NCBI GenBank assembly: GCA_010909165.1
Contig: MU008153.1
Coordinates: forward strand, 434,001 to 498,000
DNA from: Anthoceros angustus
Lineage: Eukaryota > Plantae > Anthocerotophyta
DNA: 64,000 nt
Direction: 5' to 3'
Shown here: positions 22,800-35,147 of the stretch, piece by piece
How the letters are laid out: each line of letters opens with the position of its first letter
Numbering within the stretch: the stretch's first letter is position 1
Notes under the pieces: generated by a model
Database searches by the model: none
Seen by the model: the letters and a program-made list of their open reading frames with translations, nothing else
Told to the model about the DNA's origin: nothing
Translations under genes and position numbers: made by a program

Positions 22800-23360
22800 T
22801 CAAGTCACAAACCCAACCCAACAACGTTAACGCACACAGCCACCAGCAGAATTAGCTTACCCCAAGCTCTTTCATGTTGCGGATTTCACCAGTGCCTCTG
22901 TCAACCCCGAAGGAGCATTCTTGATCAACAGCTGTACTGAAGACCATCCAATATCATTAAACACACAAACACATGAGTTAGTGGACAAGTCACAAACCCA
23001 ACCCAACATTGCACGCAGCCACAAGCTGCAAAATTAGCATACCCCAAGCTCTATCCTGGCGAGGATTTCGCCTGTGCTTTTGTTAACCCCGAAGGAGCAT
23101 TCTTGGACAGCTCTACTGTAGACCATCCAATATCCTTGAACACACAAACACATCAGTTAGTGGACAAGTCACAAGCCCAACCCAACATGGCACGCAACCA
23201 CCAGCTGTGGAATTAGCTTACCCCAAGCTCTTTCATGTCACGGATTTCACCAGTGCTTTCGTCTTCCATATGCATCAACCTCGAGAGAGCATTCTTGGAT
23301 AGCTACACCGGAGTCCATTCAATATCCTTGAACACACAGACACATACAACAGTTAGTGGA
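22800..23360 (-). repeat. Three diverged ~180-bp tandem units, each with an exon-like piece (possibly CCT-gamma chaperonin fragment)
   Basis: caagtcacaa.cccaacccaac...ccccaagctct...aacacaca.acacat three times; minus strand SFGVDRGTGEIRNMKELG followed by a GT donor. Confidence 0.6.
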
Positions 23361-23631
23361 CTGTGTGTTGACCAGTGGCAACAAGCAAATGAAATAGCAT
23401 TCGCTGTAACACCTTAAAACTGAGGAAGATGCCATGATGACAGCCAACGTGCTCTCATGATGGAACCTCATACACACATGGATAAACACATGATGAACAC
23501 TTCAAAATTTTGCAGCAATGTTTACTTCCATCGGCGTGGCGCTAGGACGTTGAGGGCAGGTATTTTTAGAACAACGGAGTGACTACATATAGTGGCGTCA
23601 TTTGTAACGGGAGACGGGGCAATGTACAAGG

Positions 23632-23825
23632 TATTGGGAATTCTAAGTTAAATACCCTTTATTATATTATGGTTAGGTAGACTAGCATGCAGTTACAACC
23701 GCAAATCACCTTGCATATACATTCTCTCATTTTGTAAATAACTGTCACTTGTTCTTTTCAACATTCGTATGCGCTTTGGTTCCTCTCGTGCACAAGCACA
23801 CAAGCGATGATCGTATATCGCGTTA
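23632..23825 (+). repeat. Copia 5' LTR (TA...TA termini)
   Basis: Matches 34041-34234; followed directly by the PBS. Confidence 0.95.
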
Positions 23826-23837
23826 TGGTATCAGAGC
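23826..23837 (+). promoter_or_regulatory. Primer-binding site for tRNA-iMet
   Basis: TGGTATCAGAGC immediately after the 5' LTR. Confidence 0.95.
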
Positions 23838-24790
23838 TTAGTTCACTATAAATGCATTGCCTCACGAGCGGTAATCCCAAGTCAATGCTCCAATTGAAAA
23901 AATGCCGAAGCGCCGTTTTTTGACGCAATCAGCAGGCAGAGGAGGTGCCGGCCGCAGAATTCCCATCTCCACATTTAGGAGGGAGTTCGTCTGTCACGAT
24001 TGCCGAGAGGAAGAGTTCCTGTCTTCCTGCTCACGGCCTGCACTTGTTCCTCGCCCGCGTGAGCGCATCCAGATCTCTCCCTGCACCGACAGGAGGAATC
24101 TGCCCAACACCCGGTGTGGCGAGTCTATGAGACATCGACAATCAAACAACGGCGATCTCCAAGCCCTTGTCAACGAAGTGAACCGGCTTCAGGATCTCTT
24201 CGATCACCTCAGCGAGGCTATCCGGCAGATTCATGTTACTTGCCTCACGCATCGAGCAATCGAATTTGGTAGAATGAGGAAGAGATCACCGCCATCACAG
24301 GCCTCTCGCTGCCTCATCTAACCGCTCGTTTGCAGGGATGCAACCTGATCTTGATGAAGATGACGACGACCTTGATTTGAACGCCGCTGGGCTCGTGACT
24401 CCTTCTCGTCATCCACCACCACGAGGTGCTGCTGATGAGGTGACTCCTGAAGAGGAGCCGCAAGTCTTATCACCAGGGCGAGAACAACGGATACCAGTCC
24501 CACCGACATATGGTTATTTTCAGCCAGGAGTGTCGGCCTTTCCAGGATACACTGGCATCTTTGGCACCCTCGGTGCCACACCATACAACACTAATGTACC
24601 TGTTTTTCCTTTTGGCTTTACTCCATTAGGAACTGCTGGTTCGTTGTCATCGAGCCTTCTGACTCTCAACAAGGATCATTGGGTGGTGCAACTTCGCCGG
24701 CTGACTTCCAGCTTTCAATGCCTCTCAACGGTTTCAACTTCCAGCAATCGAGCGATTCTGGACAAGGAACAGTAACCTATTCAATCCGTT

Positions 24791-26400
24791 GTGATTCCTT
24801 CCACTATGGCTCAACCTGTTGCACCACTGCCTGGTTCTTTGAAGATAGATTTCAAGGATCGTGACCGTTTTAATGGCACTGATTATTCTGTATGGGCTAT
24901 GAGGCTTAAGCAGATCCTAGAGGAGAATGAGTCGATGGGAGTTGTTGATGGTTCCGAGCAATCGCCAGCACCAACTGCTCATAATGCTGACGTTGTTCTA
25001 GCTTGGAAGCGGAAGGACAGACGGGCACGTTCAATCATCATTGCTTCTCTGGATAGGACGATGATGCCTCATACGATTGACGCAGACACCTCTGCAGCAG
25101 TCTGGAGCAACTTCACCAGAATATATAAGGACAAGAGTTCTGCTTCTCAGATACATTCATTCCGAGATTTCTTTTATCTGCGGATGAAAGAGACAGACTC
25201 GGTGGAGTCTTACATCAACAAATTCAGAACTGCTCGTGCCAACTTAGCTTATTGTGGCACTACACTCACGGAGGTTCAAGCATCAACGGGTTTGCTTGCC
25301 TCTTTACCGAGCTATGCTCTTTTCTTTGCGATTCTCGGACAAGGAACAGCAACCTATTCGAATCCGTTGTGATTCCTTCCACTATGGCTCAACTGCTGCA
25401 CCACCGGTTCTTTGAAGATAGATTTCAAGGATCGTGACCTTTTAATGGCACTTTATTATCTGTATGGGCTATGAGGCTTGCATCCTAGAGGAGAATGAGT
25501 CGATGGGAGTTGTTGATGGTTCCAGCCCCAACGCTGCCATAATTGCCGACGTTGTTCTAGCTTAGAGCGGAAGACGGGCACGCGTTCAATCATCATTGCT
25601 TCTCCGGATAGGACGATGATGCCTCATACGATTGACGCGGACACCTCTGCGGGATGCAACAACTTCACCAGAATATATAAGGACAAGAGTTCTGCTTCTC
25701 AGATACATTCATTCCGAGATTTCTTTTATCTGCGGATGAAAGAGACAGACTTCGGTGGAGTCTTACATCAACAAATTCAGAACTGCTCGTGCCAACTTAG
25801 CTTATTGTGGCACTACACTCACGGAGGTTCAAGCATCAACGGGTTTGCTTGCCTCTTTACCAGAAAGCTATGCTCTCTTTGCCAGTTCTCAGCATGCAAT
25901 TATTGCGGCAGCAGTACAGGCTGCAGGAGCAGGAAATGTTCCTAACACATCATTAGAGGAAGTCTTTGGTGCATTGCTTGCTGAGGAACGTACTCGTGGA
26001 TTATCTAAGACGAAAGGACAAAGCTCCAACTCTAACAGAGTTCTTTTTGCTTCTCGTGGAAGAGGTTCATGGCGAGGCAGAGGTGGCCGAGGCAGAGGCA
26101 CACCTCCTACAGTGAGACAACCTAACTTACAAAGGAAGACCTTCACCTGCAACTGGTGTAAGATTGCTGGTCATTTTGAGAGAGACTGTCGGAAGAAGCG
26201 AGCAGGAGAACCAAGAAGAGAAGCCCTCACTGCAGAGTCCAACCTGACAACGTCTAAACCACCCAAGTCTGCTAAGTCACCTACCATTTTAGCTGTCTGT
26301 TTGACTTCAGTTCAGATTCAATCAAATATGTGGTTTTTGGATTCTGGGGCTACTAGCCATATCTGTTTTGATCAGGGAGAGCTTTCTCGACCTTTTCACC
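24791..26400 (+). CDS. gag: Copia gag (UBN2-type domain, CCHC knuckle) and protease; internal duplicate ~25330-25870
   Basis: FNGTDYSVWA.R.K.IL, WKRKDRRARSII, LL.SLPESY, CNWCKIAGHFERDC, WFLDSGATSHI. Confidence 0.9.
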
Positions 26401-26422
26401 TGCTCTTGATGATCACCAATTT

Positions 26423-29400
26423 GTGCTCTTGGGAGATGATAGTGGGTTAGCGATAAAGGGTATAGGTCGTGTTGAAATCCAGCTCCCAGATAGGTCAGTC
26501 CTCAATCTTTCAGACGTCCTGTTTGTTCCCTCTATGACAAAAAACTTGATGTCAGTTCTTAGGCTGTCACAAGAACATTCCTGCCGTATATGTTTTGATC
26601 ACTCAGGGTGCTCTATTTCCCGTCTGGCTAACTGGGATGACATGTTTTCAGGCATTCCTTATAACGACCTGTATCTGCTAGACGTGAGAACTTCCTACCC
26701 TCGTCATTCAGTCCACACTGCCCAAGCTTCTCATTTGACCTTTACCCAGTTGTGGCATTGCAGGCTTGGCCATGTCAATTTCCAACGTCTGTCTTCTCTT
26801 GTTAAAAACAATGTCTTCAGAGACCCTCTCACCTTTACTTTTGATGACCATGCCTTTTGTGATGCGTGTCAAACTAGTAAAGCTATTTCTCAACCGTTCA
26901 AGGATAAGAATCTCTCTCGAGCTCCCAGCATCCTGCACACTGTCCATAGTGATATATGTGGCCCCATGTCAACCCTATCATTCGGAGGTGCTGCTTACTT
27001 TGTTACCTTCATTGATGAGTGGAGCCGTTTCTGTGTTGTTTACATTTTGCATCATAAGAGCGAAGCTCTTCTCACTTTTCAGCAGTTTGTGACTATGGCA
27101 CAACGACACACGGGGGCCAAGCTTAAGTTTCTCCGAACTGATAATGGGGGCGAATACACCAGCAGAGCCTTCAGCGAGTATTGTGCTGAAGAGGGAGTTT
27201 AGCATCAGTTCACAGTCCCCTATACACCATCTCAGAATGCCTTCGCAGAGAGGAAGAACCGTACACTTCAGGAGGCAACTCTTTCCATTTTGTCTTTTGC
27301 TGGACTCACTCGTGGTTATTGGGCAGAGGCACTCATTTCTGCGAACTATGTGCAGAACCGACTCCCTACAAAGGAACTAGGTTTGATCACACCATATGAA
27401 CGCTGGTATGGCAAGAAACCTCGTGTTTCTCATTTCCGCATTTTCGGCTCCCCTGCATATGCACTAGTACCTTCTGCCCTGCGTTCTAAGCTAGATGCCA
27501 AGGCTGTTCGCCGTATCTTTGTTGGTTATAGTGATGAGGCTAAGGGCTACAAGCTGTTTGACCCCCACACTTGACAATTGTCAATAGCTCGGAGTGTAGT
27601 TTTTCATGAAGATGCCCTCCTACGTCGTCATCAAACCACCCTTTTGCCTGATTCAGCTCCTGAGCCAGCATCCATCCATGGTGTAGTTGATTCTGACGAC
27701 ATTTCCACATCTGACCTTTCTGTCTTTGATGTTGATGACATAGATTCACCTTCCACGGCTTCAGGGGGCACCATAACATCATCTGTGCCAACTCCATTCA
27801 TTCCTCCTTCTGCAGCAACACCAGCGCCTTCACAGCCAGATGAGTCTCCCTCTCCTGTAGGTTTGTCTGATGTTGTTGAACCCGAGGAAGTTGAACTTTT
27901 TCAGCCTGTTTCACAATCACAAGATGATGAGCCCGAACCTGTCACAGCCGAGCCTGACCTAGAACCTACGTTATCTCCCTCACCTGTTTTAAGACGATCT
28001 TCTCGTATTAGGCGTCCTATGAGTGAGTGGACAGAGCCACCCTTTGTTGCTGGTCTAGCTAGGAGGAAGCCACATCAACCTGTTTTCAACATCCCATCTC
28101 CCTTGAATGAGCCTGCTACTTACCTTGAGGCCATTACAGGACCAGAGGCAGAGCAGTGGAAAGAAGCAATAGAGTCAGAGTACAACTCCCTGATAGCTAA
28201 TCAAACTTGGTCCTTAGTTGATCTACCTGCTGACAGAAAGCCTGTTGCCTGTAAATGGGTATTTAAAAAGAAGTTGAACACAGACGGGACTGTGGGACGA
28301 TACAAGGCCCGTCTTGTTGCAAAGGGCTACAGCCAAGTAGAAGGACTTGATTATAATGAGACTTTTGCTCCTGTAGTAAAGGCTACTTCTGTTAGAATCT
28401 TATTGGCATTAGCAGCTCAATATGGACTCATAGTGCATCAGCTAGATGTTAAGACAGCTTTTCTGAATGGTTCCTTGGAGGAGGAGATATACATGTCCCA
28501 GCCAGAAGGCTATGTTATGGATACTAAGAAAGTTTGTAAACTACTAAAGACATTATATGGTCTAAAGCAGTCCTCACGTGCATGGAACGAGACTTTCCAC
28601 GCATTGCTTATGGAATTGGGTTTCACCTGTTTAGCAGTAGATACTAGTGTTTACATCCTGTGGGATAAGGACGACTTTATCATTATTTCTGTTTATGTGG
28701 ACGATAACTTTTTGTTCTGTAACTCTGCTGCGTTGTTGGATAGGATTAAGAAGGTGTTACTTGCTCGTTTCGAGATGACGGATTTAGGACAGTTATCCTT
28801 TTCTCTTGGCGTGCAATTTCAATTCACGGATTCTGGTCATACTATTGATATACACCAGGAACACTTTGTGGAGCAACTTCTCAAGAAATTCAATATGGAA
28901 GAGTGTAGGCCTGTGGCAACACCTATGTCCACTGGTGACAAGCTCTCGAAGGAACAATTTCCCGTTACAGAAGAAGAGAAGCAGCAAATGTCTAAGGTAC
29001 CATATCGACAGGCTGTAGGAAGTTTGATATATTTAGCAGCCTGGACTCGATTAGATATTTCTCGTGCTGTCAGCTGTGTCTCACAGTTTTTAGAGAACCC
29101 TGGTGAGATACATTGGTCGGCAGTCAAGCGAATCTTCAGGTACTTGAAGGGCACTCCTAGGCTAGGCCTTAGATACAAGAAGCAGCCAGGAGGTTTGGAG
29201 TTAGTCTCTTTTTGTGATGCCGATTGGGCAGGGGATCCCGACAGCAGGCGCAATGTAGCAGCTTATTGTAATCTGTTGGGAGGTTCTGCCATATCCTGGT
29301 CTAGCAAGAAGCTGACTACAATCTGCCTTTCATCTACCGAAGCTGAGTATGGTGCTCTGTCACAAGCTGCTAGAGAGATTATTTGGATTAGATCATTTCT

Positions 29401-29677
29401 TAAGGGTTTGCAGCAGCTCAGCCAGGGTGCAACAAAGCTATGGTGTGACAACCAATCAGCTATTGCGTTGTCTAGAAATCCTGTTTTTCACGCCAGGAGC
29501 AAGCACATCGAGATTACACATCACTTTATTCGACAAGCTGCCGACATGGGAGAAGTTCAAGTAAGCTATGTCCCAACGGAGGAGAATACTGCTGATCTCC
29601 TAACCAAGGCACTGGCGAGGCTATTACATCAGAAGCACTCAGCTGGAGCAGGCTTAACACTAGTGCCGCTCGATTAA
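26423..29677 (+). CDS. pol: Copia pol (integrase, RT, RNase H) with two in-frame stops
   Basis: LWHCRLGH, VHSDICGP, LRTDNGGEY, AERKNRTL, YKARLVAKGY, QLDVKTAFLNG, YVDD, DADWAG, RSKHI. TAG at 27200-27202 and TGA at 27572-27574 in the same frame. Confidence 0.95.
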
Positions 29678-29689
29678 GGCAAAGCACAT

Positions 29690-30240
29690 TAGATGTCTTG
29701 AGCAGTCTTGCTCTCTTCAAGGTAACCTAGATCTTTCATCCTCGTTCTTCACCGGAGCAAGCCTTCAATTTTCCTTGTTTCCTTCAGAATAGCTGTTTCT
29801 TTTTGGAAATTTTCACAAGAGTGTTGTGGTTAGTCCTTGTAGCAACAGGTTTACAGTAGCACTGTATAGAGGGGGCACGAGAGGAAGAAGCCACACTCAC
29901 ATACAATCGTCGTGTCTGCCTCATTCTTGTGGTCTTCACGTAAGGTAGCTGTCACTTCCATTGGAGAGGGAGTGACTTCATCAACCATGGTAGCCCGTAG
30001 GAGAACACTTGCTCTTTTCTTCTCAGCTGCCTGCAGACTCTCCTTTGACACCACATACTGGTAGTAATGGTCATGTTCCCCGTCTTCTCTTGGGAAAGCC
30101 CGCTTCATCATGTCTTTGTACTCATTCCTGCTGATTCTGAAGCGTTGCTCAAACTCTGTCTCTGCAAAGGAAACACATTTAGGAGTGTGCCAAGCTTCCA
30201 CCCTGGTGGAGCGTATGGGCATCATAGAGTCCAGGCGTTG
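29690..30240 (-). CDS. Antisense ORF in the Copia 3' region, unknown function
   Basis: 124-aa ORF 29851-30225 with CECGFFLSC; the duplicate (33340-33864) suggests continuation ..PQHSCENFQKETAILKETRKIEGLLQQLKNRMKDLGYLEE. Confidence 0.5.
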
Positions 30241-33200
30241 GTCAGAGGGCGTTGGAGCGTAAGGAGATCAGACGCTAAGCGGGCGGTGGAGCTTGTGTTT
30301 AGCAAAGTTTTGTATCATTGCTACTCTTTGGGTGGACCCGTGTTCAAGAAACCTCGTGTTTCTCATTTCCGCATTTTCCCTGCATATGCACTAGTACCTT
30401 CGCCTGCGTTCTAAGCTAGATGCCAAGGCATTCGCCGTATCTTTGTTAGTTATAGTGATGAGGCTAAGGGCTGTGCTTTGACCCCACACTTGACAATTGT
30501 CAATAGCTCGAGTGTAGTTTTCATGAAGATGCCCTCCCTCGTCATCAAACCACCCTTTTGCGATTCAGCTCGAGCCAAGATCCATCCATGGTGTAGTTGA
30601 TTCGGCGACATTTCCACATCGACCTTTCATCTTTGATGTTGATGACATAGATTCACCTTCCACGGCAGGCACCATAACATCATCTCATGCCAACTCCATT
30701 CATTCCTCCTTCGCAGCAACACCAGCGCCTTCACGGCCGGATGAGTCTCCCTCTCCGTAGGTTTGTCGATGTTGTTGAACCCGAGGAAGTTGAACTTTTT
30801 CACTGTTTCACAATCACAAGATGATGAGCGACACACGTGAGGACCTAGAACCTCGTTATCTCCCTCACTGTTTTAAGAGGCGATCTTCTCGTATTAGGCG
30901 TCCTATGAGTGAGTGGACAGCCACCCTTTGTTCTTGGTCTAGCTAGGAGGAAGCCACATCAACCTTTTTTCAACATTCGTATGCGCTTTGGTTCCTCTCG
31001 TGCACAAGCACACAAGCGATGATCGTATATCGCGTTACAAGGTGACCCTTTCTCATTTCCGCATTTTCGGCTCCCTGCATATGCACTAGTACCTTCGCCT
31101 GCGTTCTAAGCTAGATGCCAACATTCGCCGTATCTTTGTTAGTTATAGTGATGATGAGGCTAAGGGCTGTTGTTTGACCCCACACTTGACAATTGTCAAT
31201 AGCTCGGTGTAGTTTTTCATGAAGATGCCCTCTACGTAGTCATCAAACCACCCTTTTGCGATTCACTCCGAGCCATCCATCCATGGTGTAGTTGATTCCG
31301 ACATTTCCACATCGACCTTTCATCTTTGATGTTGATGACATAGATTCACCTTCCACGGCCGGGCACCATAACATCATGTGCCGCTCCATTCATTCCTCCT
31401 TCGCAGCAACACCAGCGCCTTCACGGCCGGATGAGTCTCCCTCTCCGTAGGTTTGTCCGATGTTGTTGAACCCGAGGAAGTTGAACTTTTTCACTGTTTC
31501 ACAATCACAAGATGATGAGCCCAGCCACATGCGAGCGACCTAGAACCTCGTTATCTCCCTCACTGTTTTAAGGCGATCTTCTCGTATTAGGCGTCCTATG
31601 AGTGAGTGGACAGCCACCCTTTGTTCTTGGTCTAGCTAGGAGGAAGCCACATCAACGCTTTCAACATCCCATCTCCCTTGAATGAGCACTACTTACCTTG
31701 AGGCCATTACGGGACCGGAGAAGCGCGGTGGAAAGAAGCAATAGAGTCGGTACAACTCCACGATAGCTAATCAAACTTGGTCCTTAGTTGATCTACCCGG
31801 CAAAGCCTTGCAATGGGTATTTAAAAGAAGTTGAACAGGCGGATGTGGACGATACAAGGCCCGTCTTGTTGCAAAGGGCTACTGACCAAGTAGAAGGACT
31901 TGATTATAATGAGACTTTTGCTCTAGTAAAGGCTACTTAGAATCTTATTGGCATTAGCGACTCAATATGGACTCATAGTGCATCGCCTAGATGTTAAGGA
32001 CACGAATGGTTCCTTGGAGGAGGAGATATACATGTCCCAGCAGGAAGGCTATGTTATGTTATGGATACTAAGAAAGTTTGTAAACTACTAAAGACATTAT
32101 ATGGTCATGATCCTCACGTGCATGGAGCGAGACTTTCCACGCATTGCTTATGGAATTGGGTTTCACTGTTTAGCGAGATACTAGTGTTTACATCCTGGGA
32201 TAAGGACGACTTTATCATTATTTACTTATGTGGGCGATAACTTTTTGTTACCTCTGCTGCGTTGTTGGATAGGATTAAGAAGGTGTTACTTGCTCGTTTC
32301 GAGATGGATTTAGAATGATTATCCTTTTCTCTTGGCGTGCAATTTCAATTCACGGATTACGGTCATACTATTGATATACAGAACACTTTGTGGAGCAACT
32401 TCTCAAGAAATTCAATATGGAAGAGTGTAGGCCTGTGGCAACACCTATGTCCGGTGACAAGCTCTCAAGGAACAATTTTCCGTTCTGAGAAGAGAAGCGC
32501 AAATGTCTAAGGTACCATATTCCCTTTTCTGAATATCCTAGTGAAATCTACCTAGTGTACAAGACGGACTATCTCAAAAGTGTGGTTTCCCCAACAGAAT
32601 TATCCTCCTAGAAGTCACCACCAAAATCCCCACCACCGAAATCACCACCGCCATAGTCACCACCGCCATAGTCACCACCGCCATAGTCACCACCGCCGTA
32701 ATCACCGTGGTTGTCTAGAGCTTCACCAAGCAAAATCCTCCGAGCAGGCCTGCTCCTAACCCAAGTCCCACACCGCCGCCGCCTCCAAATCTGCTCGGCC
32801 TTTGTCTCTGAGGAGGGTAAGGGCTGGAGCGACAGGGCCACCGTAATAAGCATTCTGCTGGGATAAGCTCCGGATTGAGGAGGATAAGCTTGCTGAGGAA
32901 CCAGGTATGCCTGCGGAGGGTACGGCTGTGCTGCAGGATACGCCTGTGCTGCGGGGTACGCCGGGCCACGGCAGGTGGATAGGCAACAGCAGGAGGATAA
33001 GCAGCGGCAGGAAGAGGATACCCGGCAGGGTAAGCAGTGATGGGCTCCTGGTTCTTCCCCGACTGTTGCTGTTGCTGGTACTGACCGTAGCCGCTAGGGT
33101 TGGCCTGGCCCCGACCGTTGTCTAGAAATCATTTTTCACGCCAGAGCAAGCACATCGAGATTACACATCACTTTATTCGACCTGTGACATGGGAGAAGTT

Positions 33201-34040
33201 CAAGTAAGCTATGTCCCAACGGAGGAGAATACTGCTGATCTCCTAACCAAGGCACTGGCGAGGCTATTACATCAGAAGCACTCAGCTGGAGCAGGCTTAA
33301 CACTAGTGCCTGCTTCTACAGTTAAGGGCAAAGCACATTAGATGTGCTGAACAGTGCTGTTCTGTTCTTCAAGGTAACCTAGATCTTTCATCCTGTTCTT
33401 CAGCTGCTGGAGCAAGCCTTCAATTTTCCTTGTTTCCTTCAGAATAGCTGTTTCTTTTTGGAAATTTTCACAAGAGTGTTGTGGTTAGTCCTTGTAGCAA
33501 CAGTTCTGAGTAATCAGACAGAGGGGCACGAGAGGAAGAAGCCACACTCACATACAATCGTCGTTCGCCTCATTCTTGTGGTCTTCACGTAAGGTAGTCA
33601 CTTCCATTGGAGGAGTGACTTCATCAACCATGGTAGCCGTAGGAGAACACTTGCTCTTTTCTTCTCACCGCCTGCAGACTCTCCTTGACACCACATCTTG
33701 GTAGTAATGGTCATGTTCCCGTCTTCTCTTGGGAAAGCCCGCTTCATCATGTCTTTGTACTCATTCCTGCTGATTCTGAAGCGTTGCTCAAACTCTGTCT
33801 CTGCAAAGGAAACACATTTAGGAGTGTGCCAAGCTTCCACCCTGGTGGAGCGTATGGGCATCATAGAGTCCAGGCGTTGGTCAGAGGGCGTTGGAGCGTA
33901 AGGGAGACTGTACGCTAAGCAGGCAGGCTGGAGCTTGTGTTTCGCAAAGTTTTTGTATCATTGCTACTCTTTGGGCTGGACCCCGTGTTCAGCAAAGTAC
34001 CGTTTAAAATTTATTTCCGCATGCTACGTCTAAGAGGGAG

Positions 34041-34234
34041 TATTGGGAATTCTAAGTTAAATACCCTTTATTATATTATGGTTAGGTAGACTAGCATGCA
34101 GTTACAACCGCAAATCACCTTGCATATACATTCTCTCATTTTGTAAATAACTGTCACTTGTTCTTTTCAACATTCGTATGCGCTTTGGTTCCTCTCGTGC
34201 ACAAGCACACAAGCGATGATCGTATATCGCGTTA
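34041..34234 (+). repeat. Copia 3' LTR
   Basis: Preceded by PPT, followed by TSD CAAGG. Confidence 0.95.
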
Positions 34235-35147
34235 CAAGGCTGACCCCTTTCTCATTTCAATACAGAGCTTGTCAGCTCCATGCTTCTGGCCATGGGCCTA
34301 ATTAGCCATGCTGTTGTTTGAGTGTGTGCACGCTCATTGCAGGCTCTTGCTGCCACTGAAGGATATGAAGCTTGAGAGTTTGAGGGATGTTCAAGTCCTT
34401 GCTTGGCTAACCACCGGTTGTCCTCCTATGTGCATTGGCTAGTGGTGTCATTCAAAACTGTAGGCCTGCCCGACTAAATGTGCATGTGTATACTCCTGTA
34501 TGTGTCCTAACATTCGCTTTATCATCGTGGAGCCTGTATAGCGGGCACAATAACCACTACGGCCGTATCCTCTTCAGAATCAGCGTTGCCTGCTGTAGTG
34601 ACTTATGCTTGAATGAGAATGCCAGACACGTTTGCCTTTCCTACCTATGTTATTACCCCAGTATAAACCACCATCTAACAGTATCGAAGGGAGGTTAGGA
34701 GAACATTAGTGCAGAAGGGAGGTTACGGCAGCATAAGAATAGTAGACGACATAAGCTGTTTGTCAACACAAGCTGTTTGCCTTACAAAAGGAGGTCAGGG
34801 CAGTATGCAACACAAGTTGCATTTGCCTTACAAAAGGAGGTTAGGGCAGTCAGTATATGTGCACATGTATGGACGGTGAGCAACATAAGCTGCATAACAC
34901 AAACGCATATACTTTGTCACAAAGTATCAAATTTCCAAAAGACAAGACGCAGTTTGCATATGGTATACACCAACAACCACTACCTACATAATTGTTTGGA
35001 TGCACACGGCAGCACACACCTATACAACCACTTCACACCCCTACAAAAATTGTACCATATTCCCTTTTCTGAATATCCTAGTGAAATCTACCTAGTGTAC
35101 AAGACGGACTATCTCAAAAGTGTGGTTTCCCCAACAGAATTATCCTC

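Larger units (their letters stand above)
23632..34234 (+). mobile_element. Ty1/Copia LTR retrotransposon, very young
   Basis: 194-bp LTRs at 23632-23825 and 34041-34234, identical by eye; TSD CAAGG (23627-23631, 34235-34239); PBS TGGTATCAGAGC; PPT AAGAGGGAG; gag-PR-IN-RT-RH order. Confidence 0.97.

Noticed and set aside
25330-25870. Duplicated gag
   Set aside because: Indel-rich re-read of 24755-25310; probable artefact.
32515-33115. SRC2 gene fragment captured by the Copia
   Set aside because: Near-identical to 35055-35655 nearby, inside the artefactual patch and joined at gtaccatat.
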